Below the pieces are notes generated by a model. That model saw nothing but the letters and a program-made list of their open reading frames with translations. It made no database searches and was not told the origin of the DNA. Shown here one piece after another: positions 9,405-18,965 of a stretch of DNA of 64,000 nt (its first letter is position 1; every line of letters begins with the position of its first letter). A program made the position numbers and the translations under genes. Source of the stretch: Flavobacteriales bacterium (GTDB lineage: Bacteria > Bacteroidota > Bacteroidia > Flavobacteriales_F > PHOS-HE28). The stretch spans positions 2,805,684 through 2,869,683 of the forward strand of contig JADJWA010000001.1 of NCBI GenBank assembly GCA_016716605.1, given 5' to 3'.

Positions 9405-10595
9405 TCAATGGTGGTGCTCGCCACTTCCCTTGGTCAATTCACTGAGGAGGTAGTAGGCCCCTGAGACCACCACTTTGGCATCGGTAGCAAGCTGCTCGAA
9501 GGGCGTTACAGCGGTATATCCCTGATCACTTACACCAATGCGCACTTGCACTTGCTTGAAAGCGTTTTCCTCATGCTGCACGAAGATGAAGTGGTCGTCG
9601 CCGTTGCTCACGATGGCATCGTTCGGCACAGCCAGCGCACTGTCACTTTTCACCTGAATACGCGCGTCAATGAACATGCCTGGCAACAAATGATCGTCGA
9701 TGTCCTTCATGCGTGCATGAGCGACCACGGCCTGCTGTCCTTCCTCGAAGGATCGGTTCACCCCGTATATCTCCGCTTCATGCGATGAATGTGCGTCGTT
9801 GGCGATGGTGAAGCTCACCTTCTGGCCTTCGCGTACCTGTGCCAAGTCTTGCTCGAATACGGTGAGGTCGATGTGTAATGCACGGTTGTCGGTAATATCG
9901 AAGAGCGGTTTGTTCGGCTCGGCATACTGGCCAGTGGTGATGGCGATGGTATGCAAACTGCCAGGTATCGGAGCCCGTACCGCGAATGAACTGCGGATGG
10001 CACCTGCCGTGAAGCCCTCTGGATCTACACCAAAGAGTTTCAGTTTCTCGGCCATGGCCATTTGACGTGCCTCTGCACTGAGCAGGTCGCTCTGGGCCTG
10101 TTGCAAGGTGCGCTCGGCGTTGATGTTATCCGTTCGTAGATCGCGTTGACGGTTGAAGTCGGCCCGCTTCACCACCAACTGGGCGGCGCTCTCCAGATAG
10201 TCCTGTTGCAGTTGGAGGAATTCCGTACTGGCTAGTTCTGCGAGCACTTGTCCTTTCTGCACTGTCTGTCCTTCGGTGACGAGGATGCGCGTGATGGTCC
10301 CGCCCATGAGGGTACCCACTTGGGCTTGGTCCTGCGGTGGCAGCATGAGGCGACCGTTCACCTTCAGCGTGCCGCTCAATGTCTTGCGCTCCAATCCTGC
10401 GGTTTCCAGCCCGATGGCCTCGATCTGTGTAGGCGTCAATTCGACCTCGGCTCCTTCATGCTCTTCGTCATGATGTTGGCCTTCTTCTCCCACTTCTGGC
10501 GTGTTCCCCGAATCGCCACACGCGGACAGGAACAGGATGAGCAATGCCACGAGGGGAAGCCGTGACATGATGCGATGGATGAACATGTTGTTCAT
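9405..10595 (-). CDS. efflux RND periplasmic adaptor (CzcB/MFP family) with His-rich segments
   Basis: Lipoprotein-like N-terminus (LSACGDSG), His/Glu-rich EEGQHHDEEHEGAE, C-terminal GSGEHHH, and a biotinyl-lipoyl/beta-barrel MFP architecture. It sits between the RND pump and the ATPase. Confidence 0.75.
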   Translation of the reverse strand: MNNMFIHRIMSRLPLVALLILFLSACGDSGNTPEVGEEGQHHDEEHEGAEVELTPTQIEAIGLETAGLERKTLSGTLKVNGRLMLPPQDQAQVGTLMGGTITRILVTEGQTVQKGQVLAELASTEFLQLQQDYLESAAQLVVKRADFNRQRDLRTDNINAERTLQQAQSDLLSAEARQMAMAEKLKLFGVDPEGFTAGAIRSSFAVRAPIPGSLHTIAITTGQYAEPNKPLFDITDNRALHIDLTVFEQDLAQVREGQKVSFTIANDAHSSHEAEIYGVNRSFEEGQQAVVAHARMKDIDDHLLPGMFIDARIQVKSDSALAVPNDAIVSNGDDHFIFVQHEENAFKQVQVRIGVSDQGYTAVTPFEQLATDAKVVVSGAYYLLSELTKGSGEHHH

Positions 10596-10614
10596 GATGG
10601 TTCGTTTGAAGGGC

Positions 10615-13600
10615 TTAGCGCCCCGTGAGGTAGTTGAGTTGAAGAATGGAAGAGTTCAAGGCGAGCAGTGCATCGCTTTGGCCTACGTAGAGGCGATATG
10701 CTTGGTCAACGGTCTGCACGTACTCGAAGTAGCCGATAGCTCCGCTCTGGTAGAGTTTGGTGGCGTTGTTCAGGAGCGCATCGGCCAGCGCGGCCCCCTG
10801 ATCTCGGTAGTAACTGGCTTCGCGTTTCCGTTGCATGTATTCCTGCATTTCGGAAGCGACCTGTGCCGTGATGCTGCGATCGGCTGCATCGCGTTGATCG
10901 GCGGCAATACGTGTGTCGATCTCCACCGCACGGGTCGTGTTGCCCCGTCCCGTTTTGAAGAGCGGGAACGAGGCACCGACCATCCAACCCCAGAAAGGCG
11001 TGACCAGATCGAGACTTTGATTGAACGCCCCGAAGCGCAGGGCGGGTGCCCATGAGTTGCGCTGCAATTTCAGTTCAGCTTCGCTGAGCTTGACCTCTTC
11101 GTTGAGGGCGCTCAATTCGGGATTTGCACTGATGAGCGCCGTATCCAAAATGGGTTCAGGAAGTGCAATGAGTGCGCCCACGCTTGGGTCCGTCGCTGCA
11201 CCGATCCATGCTTGCAACAGTGCCTTTGCCGCGTATACGTTCGCATCTGCCCGTGATCGATCGAGCTTCACCTGTTGCCAGCGAGCTTGTGCGCTCAATC
11301 CCTCAACGGGCGGACTTTCGCCCACTTGCACATTGCGTTCTGCATACCGTGAGAGGTCGCTGTAAATGCTGTCCAACTTGGCATAGGTGGCCGCTTGTTG
11401 CTCGGCCGCTTGCAGCCCTACGTAGGCCAACGAAACCTCTCTGCGGACCTGAGCCTCGGTAAGCGCGGCGCGACTTTGGGCAAGTGCGATCCGCTGGCGA
11501 AGGGTGGCCGATCGCTGAGCGATCACATTGGGCGATGCGATGCCCGTGCTCACTTGCAGGTTATAGTCGTCCACGCTGGTGTTGATCTGACCACGCTGAT
11601 ATTGCACATCCAGCGGTTCCAGCATGAAGGCATTGCCCTTCAATGCCTGCTCGCGTTCCACCACGCCATACGCAGCATTAACGAGAGGATGTTCCTGCAA
11701 GGCCAGCGATACGGCTTGCTCCAAGGTGAGTGAAGGCGTCTGGGCCTTCGCTTCACCGCCAACGGAGATCAATGCGAGAAAGGCAACAACGGCACCTAAT
11801 TGGGGAGGACGGATCTTCTTCTTCCGCCCTGAGCCGTAGCGTTTGTAGAGCACGGGTAGCACGAAGAGCGTAAGCAGCGTGCATGTTATGAGCCCGCCGA
11901 TGACCACGGTGGCCAATGGTCGCTGTACTTCACTGCCAATAGACGTATTGAACGCCATGGGCAGGAACCCGAGGGATGCCACTGCTGCCGTAGCCAGCAC
12001 GGGACGCAAGCGCTCCTTCACGCCTCGAAGTATGCGGTGCGTGATGTCCGTATCGCCTTCCTCTTCTTCGCGGTTGAAATAGCTGATCAGGACAATGCCA
12101 TTGAGCACCGCCACACCGAATAATGCGATGAAGCCAATGCCAGCGCTGATGCTGAAGGACATACCGCGGATCCAGAGTGCCAGCACACCTCCAACGGCCG
12201 CTAAGGGTACAGCACTGAAGATGATGAGCGCCTCCCTGATGGATCCAAAAGCGAGGAACAGCAGAAGCAGGATCAACAGAAGTGCCACAGGCAGGGCCAC
12301 CCCAAGACGGGCCTTCGCTTCCTGCAAGTTTTTGAATGTGCCGCCGTATTCGATGTAATAGCCGCTGGGCAAGTCCAGCTTGTCGTTCAGGGTTTGGGAT
12401 ATGTCCATTGCCACACTCTGGATATCACGCCCGCGAACGTTCGCTTCCACCACGATCCTGCGTTCGCCGTTATCGCGACTCACCTGTGCGGGTGCGCTCA
12501 GGAACTCCACTTTGGCCACATCGCTGATCGGTACCTGTGATCCGTTCGGCAAAGGGATTCGGATGTCCTTCACCTTGTCAGCATCCGCGTCACGGTAGTT
12601 GGCCAAGCGCACAACGAGGTCGAACCTGCGCTCTCCTTCATACACAATGCCCGCTTTGCCACCCGCTAGCGCGGTGTTCAGGATGCGGTTCAGTTCTTCC
12701 ACGGTCACACCGTATTGGGCGAGACGTGTACGATCGGGCCGTACCACCAATTGGGGCATGCCCGTGATCTGTTCCACCTTCACGTCCTGTGCGCCATCCA
12801 CGGTACTCACAAGCGCCGCTACTTCATTTCCCTTCTTGAATAGCAGGTCGAGGTCGTCCCCGTAGATCTTGATTGCGAGGTCGCTCTTCACGCCAGCGAT
12901 GAGTTCATTGAAACGCATCTGGATGGGTTGCTCGAAGCTGAGGTTGACCCCAGGTATCGCGCTCATCTTCTCTTCCATCTTCTCTGCGAGATCCTCTTTG
13001 TTGTGCGCAGTAGTCCATTCATCATGATCCTTCAATACCACTATCAGGTCGGCGCTTTCAATAGGCATGGGATCGGTCGGAATTTCACTTGATCCAACTT
13101 TGCTGACCACCTCGACCACTTCTGGGAATTCCTTGACGAGGATGCTCTCCAACTGCTGGCCTACGCGCATGGTGTGCTGAAGGCTGCTCCCTTGGCGGAT
13201 GGTATAGTTGATGGCGAAGTCACCTTCGTCCAGTTCGGGGATGAACTCACCACCAAGAGAGTTGAAGACCATGAACGCACCAACGAGCAGAGCGATAGAG
13301 GCGGCAATGACCACGCCAGTGCGCTTCAGGGCTTGCTTCAGCAGAGGTTCGACCATGCGGTGCAACCGAGAGACCAGTCGATCGCTGAATGTCTCATGAG
13401 CTTTTACCTTCCTATCGAGGAAGAGCGAACTCATGAGTGGTACGTATGTGAGACTGAGCAGGAGTGCGCCGATGATCGCGAAGCTCACCGTGAGCGCCAT
13501 GGGCTTGAACATCTTCCCTTCAATGCCCGTGAGCGCGAAAATGGGCACGTATACTATGAGAATGATCACCTGACCGAAGACAGCGCTGCGCATGATACGC

Positions 13601-14925
13601 GAACTTGTTCCGATCACCTCCTTGTCCATTTCGTTGCGCGATAGTGTCTTGTTGGCATAGCTCGCATGCAGAAGGAAGAGCGTGCTTTCAACTACGATCA
13701 CTGCTCCGTCCACGATCAGGCCGAAGTCCAAAGCGCCCATGCTCATGAGGTTGGCGCTAACCCCGAATAGGCTCATGAGGCTGATGGCGAAGAGCATGGA
13801 CAACGGGATCACCGATGCCACGATCAATCCCGCTCTAATTTGGCCTAGCATCAGGACTAGGATCCCGATCACGATCGCGGCTCCGATCAACAGGTTCTCC
13901 TCGACAGTCCCGATGGTACGTGAGATAAGTCTGGATCGATCAACGAAGACGTCCACGCGCACGCCTTCGGGCAGGCTTTGCTGGATCTGCTCTATGCGCT
14001 CCTTCACTCTACCGATCACTTCCATGGCGTTCTCGCCCTTGGTCATGAGCACGACGCCGCCAACGGTTTCACCCTCGCCATTGCGTGTGAGCACACCAAA
14101 TCGCGGGGCATAACCGAACTGGACCTTTGCCACGTCGCGAATACGGACGGGCACACCACGGCTGCTACGTATGCTGAGGTCGGCGATCTGGTCCAACGAG
14201 GTCAACAGACCTTCGGATCGGATGTAGTAAAGGCCTGCGCCTTTCTCGATATAACTGCCACCCGTATTGGCATTGTTCGCTGATAGAGCATCGTACACAT
14301 CCAGCAACGTGAGGTCCATGCTGGCCAAACGCACTGGATCAACGGCTATCTCGTACTGTTTCAGTTTGCCACCGAAGCTGCTCACGTCCACCACACCCTG
14401 TACGCCCAGCAATTGTCGCCGAACGATCCAGTCTTGGATGGTGCGCAACTCCATGATGTCATATTGATCCCGATGAGTGCTGTCGATGGCAAGCGTGTAC
14501 TGGAAGATCTCGCCAAGACCCGTAGTAGGAGGGAGCATACTCGGCCTGCCGTATTCTAGAGGGATGTCCTCCTCTGCCAGTTTTAGCCGTTCGGCAACCC
14601 ATTGACGGGTGAGAGGAACAGGCATGTCGTCCTCGAAAACGATCGTAATCACGGACAGCCCGCTTCGACTGATGCTTCGGAGTTCGACCAATCCTTGCAG
14701 GTTCTTGAATTGAAGTTCCAGTGGATAGGTGATGAACTTCTCCACCTCCTGCGTGGCGAGATTCGGTGCGGTGGTGATCACCTGCACTTGGTTGTTCGTC
14801 ACGTCGGGTAATGCGTCGATGGGTAGGTGGGCGGCGCTGTAGACGCCCCAACCGACCATCGCGAGCAGGAGAAGCCCCGTGATCAGCTTGTTGGTCACGG
14901 AGAAGTGAATGATGCGATCAAGCAT
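10615..14925 (-). CDS. CzcA-family heavy-metal RND pump fused in frame to a TolC-like outer membrane factor
   Basis: The first ~1040 aa are CzcA-like (MLDRIIHFSV..., 12 TM, large periplasmic loops) and end in ...LYKRYGSG. With no stop or ATG, the frame continues into RKKKIRPPQLGAVVAFLALISVGGEAKAQ (signal-peptide-like) and ~410 aa of OMF (TolC/CzcC-like) sequence. The start is chosen at MLDRII (the ORF extends to 14997). Confidence 0.7.
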   Translation of the reverse strand: MLDRIIHFSVTNKLITGLLLLAMVGWGVYSAAHLPIDALPDVTNNQVQVITTAPNLATQEVEKFITYPLELQFKNLQGLVELRSISRSGLSVITIVFEDDMPVPLTRQWVAERLKLAEEDIPLEYGRPSMLPPTTGLGEIFQYTLAIDSTHRDQYDIMELRTIQDWIVRRQLLGVQGVVDVSSFGGKLKQYEIAVDPVRLASMDLTLLDVYDALSANNANTGGSYIEKGAGLYYIRSEGLLTSLDQIADLSIRSSRGVPVRIRDVAKVQFGYAPRFGVLTRNGEGETVGGVVLMTKGENAMEVIGRVKERIEQIQQSLPEGVRVDVFVDRSRLISRTIGTVEENLLIGAAIVIGILVLMLGQIRAGLIVASVIPLSMLFAISLMSLFGVSANLMSMGALDFGLIVDGAVIVVESTLFLLHASYANKTLSRNEMDKEVIGTSSRIMRSAVFGQVIILIVYVPIFALTGIEGKMFKPMALTVSFAIIGALLLSLTYVPLMSSLFLDRKVKAHETFSDRLVSRLHRMVEPLLKQALKRTGVVIAASIALLVGAFMVFNSLGGEFIPELDEGDFAINYTIRQGSSLQHTMRVGQQLESILVKEFPEVVEVVSKVGSSEIPTDPMPIESADLIVVLKDHDEWTTAHNKEDLAEKMEEKMSAIPGVNLSFEQPIQMRFNELIAGVKSDLAIKIYGDDLDLLFKKGNEVAALVSTVDGAQDVKVEQITGMPQLVVRPDRTRLAQYGVTVEELNRILNTALAGGKAGIVYEGERRFDLVVRLANYRDADADKVKDIRIPLPNGSQVPISDVAKVEFLSAPAQVSRDNGERRIVVEANVRGRDIQSVAMDISQTLNDKLDLPSGYYIEYGGTFKNLQEAKARLGVALPVALLLILLLLFLAFGSIREALIIFSAVPLAAVGGVLALWIRGMSFSISAGIGFIALFGVAVLNGIVLISYFNREEEEGDTDITHRILRGVKERLRPVLATAAVASLGFLPMAFNTSIGSEVQRPLATVVIGGLITCTLLTLFVLPVLYKRYGSGRKKKIRPPQLGAVVAFLALISVGGEAKAQTPSLTLEQAVSLALQEHPLVNAAYGVVEREQALKGNAFMLEPLDVQYQRGQINTSVDDYNLQVSTGIASPNVIAQRSATLRQRIALAQSRAALTEAQVRREVSLAYVGLQAAEQQAATYAKLDSIYSDLSRYAERNVQVGESPPVEGLSAQARWQQVKLDRSRADANVYAAKALLQAWIGAATDPSVGALIALPEPILDTALISANPELSALNEEVKLSEAELKLQRNSWAPALRFGAFNQSLDLVTPFWGWMVGASFPLFKTGRGNTTRAVEIDTRIAADQRDAADRSITAQVASEMQEYMQRKREASYYRDQGAALADALLNNATKLYQSGAIGYFEYVQTVDQAYRLYVGQSDALLALNSSILQLNYLTGR

Positions 14926-15030
14926 GCGGAATGCGTGAATGGGAATGAGAACCTGAGAGAAAAGGACAACGCGCGGAACGCACGTCTGCATGGCCACAAT
15001 AGGCCACGCGAAAGGGCCGAGGCCCTTAAC

Positions 15031-15336
15031 TCAAGCTTGGGGAGGTTGCCACACGGGAATGCGCGGCATTGAAAGCACGAATGCAGTGCCGTCATTATAG
15101 GCCAGTGAGCCTACTGGTGGCACGCGAGGCGAATGATCGATCACGACCAAAGTGACGCCTGCGCAACATGTGCATGTGCAGAACGGGCTGCACAAGTCCA
15201 TGTGCTCATGCTGGTCCCCCTCGGTTTGAACTGCGCACGTCTCGTGGTTTGCTACCTGAGCGTCAGTGCAAGGTTGAACGCTGAGGGCGAATACATAGAG
15301 GGCAAGGATGATGCAGAACCAGCGCATGGGTGGCAA
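15031..15336 (-). CDS. small secreted Cys/His-rich protein (putative metal-binding)
   Basis: 101 aa with a signal peptide, then HETCAVQTEGDQHEHMDLCSPFCTCTCCAG. It lies directly upstream of, and co-oriented with, the czc-like operon. Confidence 0.4.
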   Translation of the reverse strand: MPPMRWFCIILALYVFALSVQPCTDAQVANHETCAVQTEGDQHEHMDLCSPFCTCTCCAGVTLVVIDHSPRVPPVGSLAYNDGTAFVLSMPRIPVWQPPQA

Positions 15337-15348
15337 AGCTATGCAACG

Positions 15349-15780
15349 TCAGTTCAGCAGGAAACGTTCGTTATTCCTTCGTAGATGGCGCTCGAAAAGA
15401 CTGCTGATCCAGAAGTAGTGCGCGGTCACGGCGTGCAACCGTTGAGCATCCACCACTCCTTCAATGGCCACCTCATATGTGGCCAAGGGAGTGCGCAACT
15501 GACCATTATGCTGAGAAAGGTGCGCGAATAGGTCGATCAGGACCGCCTCGCCGAACATGGCTCCTTCGGCGGTGACAAGGATGCACTTGTCCCTTCTATT
15601 GTGAGCAAAGAGGTAGTTGTAGGTCAGTGCTGACATCCTGAGTGCGACCTCGGCTGGATAGTAGCGCGTCAATAGCATGCGAATGCCGCGTCGCAGGTCT
15701 TGGATATGCCCGCCACGCTTCGATGCGAAGACTAGTGACACATTTGAAGGCCGAGGTCGGAAGGGGTCATGTAGGTCCAT
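15349..15780 (-). CDS. hypothetical protein
   Basis: 143-aa ORF co-oriented in the island. No recognisable motif. Confidence 0.35.
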   Translation of the reverse strand: MDLHDPFRPRPSNVSLVFASKRGGHIQDLRRGIRMLLTRYYPAEVALRMSALTYNYLFAHNRRDKCILVTAEGAMFGEAVLIDLFAHLSQHNGQLRTPLATYEVAIEGVVDAQRLHAVTAHYFWISSLFERHLRRNNERFLLN

Positions 15781-15834
15781 GCAAAGGGTCGGGAGGGAAT
15801 TGGAAGCCCCCCCATATATGGGCGAATCGCAGCC

Positions 15835-16317
15835 TCACCACAAGCGATGGACACCAGCAGCATGCTCTGGTTCTTTTTGAAGGGGCGCACCCGCCGTCTG
15901 CCCCTTATGGGCAACGGGCGGGGCACCCCCTCCTGTTTGATATTCTTCCTTCATCAGGTAGCATCTGGCGTTCACATCCTTGCCGAGGTAGAAGCACAGG
16001 CCCTCTGCACCCCAGACAGGAGTGATCTTGACATTCAATCCCTTTTCTCGCAGTTCGTCCGCAATACGCTCGACCTCCTTCTTCTCTTTCGCCATGAGCC
16101 AATGCACATGCGCCCGATCTATCACTGCGCTACCTCTTTGTTGCATTCTTTCTACTACGATCACGCCGTCGTGTGGGATGGTGGCTGCCATTTTCACAAC
16201 ATCCTGGCATAGCTGTTCTGCACCTTCATCGGTACATGGATTCGCTGTTATCATGTAGCCTCCGTTCACGAGGAGGCCACCTAGATCTCTTACTGTACTG
16301 CGGTCAATCTGTTTCAT
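15835..16317 (-). CDS. hypothetical protein
   Basis: 160-aa ORF co-oriented in the island. No recognisable motif. Confidence 0.35.
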   Translation of the reverse strand: MKQIDRSTVRDLGGLLVNGGYMITANPCTDEGAEQLCQDVVKMAATIPHDGVIVVERMQQRGSAVIDRAHVHWLMAKEKKEVERIADELREKGLNVKITPVWGAEGLCFYLGKDVNARCYLMKEEYQTGGGAPPVAHKGQTAGAPLQKEPEHAAGVHRLW

Positions 16318-16519
16318 GCTACTTGCTTTTGGGTTAGTTGGACATACGAAGACTTCTGGAGGCTTGGCCTCATCAACTTTGTGGGGAGTGTCCCACTACG
16401 ACAACGGCGATCTCGAACAGGGTGGAAGTGCAAATGCGTGGGCGACTTCGCAGGGAAATCGAGGGCATTCCAACCCTTGCAATAGGGCGGCAGGGCGGCA
16501 TGCGCTGGTACGATCGGAA

Positions 16520-16987
16520 TCACTCAGGCGGTCGCTTCGGAGGCGATTCCGTAGTTCTCTCGCTCTTTGACTTTTCGCGCTCCCGTTCTTTCCTTCTGCG
16601 GTACATCGCCACGGCTGTACGCACAGTTCCCGATGGCAGCATCAGGAATTCATCCAACGCGGCCTTGCTGAAGCGGTAATGCTCACCCTTCAGGGCATCG
16701 GGATTTACAGGCTTGACGAGGCGGGCACCAACGTAGTCGCGAAATGTCCGTTCGCTCACCGCTATGTAGCTCCACGCCTCACAGCTAGAGTGGAGCTTAC
16801 CGTACTTCGGTGTTGGTGTTTCGACCTTTTTATGGAGGTCTGCGACTTGTTGGCGAAGTGCGGATATTTCCTGCACTTCCATGGCGTCGCGTGCCATGTC
16901 AAGAGCAAGGGCATGTATGCGCTTTGCTCGTGTGGGGGGTAACTTGCTTAAAGCAGTTGATAGCTCATCTATGTCCCATGCTGACAT
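16520..16987 (-). CDS. excisionase/AlpA-like helix-turn-helix DNA-binding protein
   Basis: SERTFRDYVGARLVKPVNPDALKGEHYRFSKAALDEFL resembles the HTH_17/excisionase-type domain that accompanies Bacteroidota integrases. The tail is basic (RRRKEREREKSK). It is adjacent to the integrase. Confidence 0.5.
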   Translation of the reverse strand: MSAWDIDELSTALSKLPPTRAKRIHALALDMARDAMEVQEISALRQQVADLHKKVETPTPKYGKLHSSCEAWSYIAVSERTFRDYVGARLVKPVNPDALKGEHYRFSKAALDEFLMLPSGTVRTAVAMYRRRKEREREKSKSERTTESPPKRPPE

Positions 16988-17193
16988 CCATTAGGCCCGA
17001 TCACTTGTATGTGCCCTTGTCCTAGAAGCGCCAACTAGGTTCCCCTCTTCTTCGGCGCTCAACGCAAAACTAAGTGCATGAAGTTGGTCGTGCCAACTCG
17101 ATTATTCCACAGGACATGTCGAAATGTTGAGAAAAACCCAAGGTCTAAGTACCGATCGTTCACGCTTTTCTATGTACGCGCGGGAACAACATG

Positions 17194-18712
17194 TCACGCC
17201 CTTCTGCGCTCTGGTTCACGAAAGCGCACGTTGATTAAGTCGATGCCAGGAAACACTTCATCCGCCATGGCCATCGCTTGGATGACCAGCAGTTCCGCCT
17301 TCTTTTCCAAGGGGCGATTCAAATACGCGCGATCAGCGGACTTGTCGGGTAGTTTATGACCCATCATCTGGCACACAAGGTCGCGGGCAATACCCATGTC
17401 CTCCTCAGCCCATTGCTTGGTCGTGCGCCTGAAATCATGACTGGATAAAACCGAGTGTAGAGGCAGGGAGTTTTGTTCTTTTTTGCTCTTTTTCCCACGG
17501 ACCTTTACCTCGATTTGGTCGTACAGCCTGTTGAAACCCATGGCCAGAGCAACCTCCTTGATGTGGCGGTTGTGCGTCTGGTCGTCGGGAGGCATTACAG
17601 GCCGCACGCCTTTCAGAACGTCCAGCGCTGGGGTGAACAACGGGATGACCATCTCGTTCATCGGGGGCTTTGTGCGGACCATTCGGATGGCTGTAAAATC
17701 GAAGGTCTTGCCTTTGAACCATTGAATGTCTTTTGTGAGCACCTGCCGCAAGTCCGTTATGTCCACCCCCGTGAAACCCTGAAGAACCATCAACTGGCGG
17801 CAGTTCTCCAAGTGTGGCTTGTCCAGCTTCGTCAGGACTAGATGGGAAAGCTCTTCAGCGGTCAAGTAGGGCTTGACCGTGTGCTCCCGACTGGCCGATA
17901 CGAACGAAGTTGTGTCTATGGACTTGATCCGTTTGTTTTCGATGGCATGGTTCAGAGTCGTCTTTATCTGCTGCTGGTACTTCTCCAACGTGTTGACCGA
18001 GTACCGAGATGGCTGTTCGTCCACGGCCCATTTCCACGCGTCGGTACTTTTCATGTCCTTGGGGTCGGCGTAGGGGAGATATTCAGTGGATCGGGCTATG
18101 AGGTTGCTAAAATCGGTCCAGTCCAAAGGGGTGAAATTTCCGAGCATGACCTCTCCTTCGCCCTTGATCCAGCCGAACAGCGGGTGGGTCTTATCCTTGG
18201 CCATGGATCGGATGACTGGCAACATGTCCAAGAGCGCTGCGGTGGTTGAGTACTTCTGTCTCGTCCGAATGTTGTTGCAGAAGTTTGGATCAGCGATGAT
18301 CTCACGGATGTAGTCCGCCAGTGGGATGGGGGTGATCTGCTCAGTATCGACCTTCAGGCGGGCGAGTATCTGGTCGGGGTGTGGCTTTCCCCCCAGTTCC
18401 TTGCTGAGGGCCTTGAATGTATTCCAGACCTCCGCCCTCAGTTCAGCAACACCTTCCGTAATCTGGACCAGTTGGTCCTTCTTTTTCTTCATGAAGGAGC
18501 CGCTGAATGCCTGCTCCGTCATGTCCCACTCGCTTGCATCCACGGCATGTCCCGTTGTCACCCTTAGGGTGAGGTATTGGGGGGACCTTCCAACCTCCAT
18601 TGCACGAAAGCCATAGTTGAATGCTAGCAGGAGGTGGATCCGCCCCTGAACGTATCGCCCAACCAACCTGATGGAGGCGGGGCCGTAGGTCTTCTTGTAT
18701 GTCTTGCCCATG
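17194..18712 (-). CDS. tyrosine site-specific integrase (Bacteroidota type)
   Basis: The C-terminal catalytic region has HDFRRTTKQWAEE (HxxR), MGHK and DRAYLNRP (catalytic Tyr). The N-terminal start is uncertain. The ORF is open to 19002, but a plausible Met lies at 18712 (MGKTYKK...). Confidence 0.75.
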
Positions 18713-18918
18713 GTATATGGTGTTAGTTTCACCGCAACGTTCCGATGAGCCCGATGCTGGCCCCAAATCCAACATTGCTCCAAAATCCGCTCAAAGACCC
18801 TCTTCCCGAACCCTTCTGAAGTGCCCGTCCAACTTTGCATTCCCCCAGCACTGGCGAGGCGTTGGTACCCATGCAGACCACTGCATCGCCATGCAAACCG
18901 TCGCGTCCCCCGCGCTAC

Positions 18919-18955
18919 AAGGCCATCCCCGAAAGGCGGATGGCCTTTTGCTTTT
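18919..18955 (+). other. GC-rich hairpin with T-tract at the island/backbone junction
   Basis: aaggccatcc-ccgaaaggc-ggatggcctt followed by ttgcttttc. It lies 11 nt upstream of the next + strand gene and about 200 nt upstream of the integrase N-terminus. Confidence 0.35.
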
Positions 18956-18965
18956 CTTCGCAGGC

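Larger units (their letters stand above)
1..18960. mobile_element. right-hand part of an integrated genomic island carrying CBASS and metal-resistance cargo; the left end lies outside the window
   Basis: An integrase and an excisionase-like gene sit at the right edge, followed by an abrupt change to higher GC after about 18.96 kb. The cargo is defence plus czc/P-type ATPase genes. All island genes between 4.3 and 18.7 kb are on the minus strand. Confidence 0.5.

Noticed and set aside
14926-14997. 24-codon extension at the 5' end of czcA
   Set aside because: CzcA-family proteins begin at the MLxxII motif, and the extension has no counterpart. The later Met was chosen.
18699-18965. Upstream extension of the SnoaL-like lipoprotein ORF
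   Set aside because: The extension overlaps the integrase N-terminal region on the other strand. The lipoprotein signal peptide begins at the internal Met (18966).
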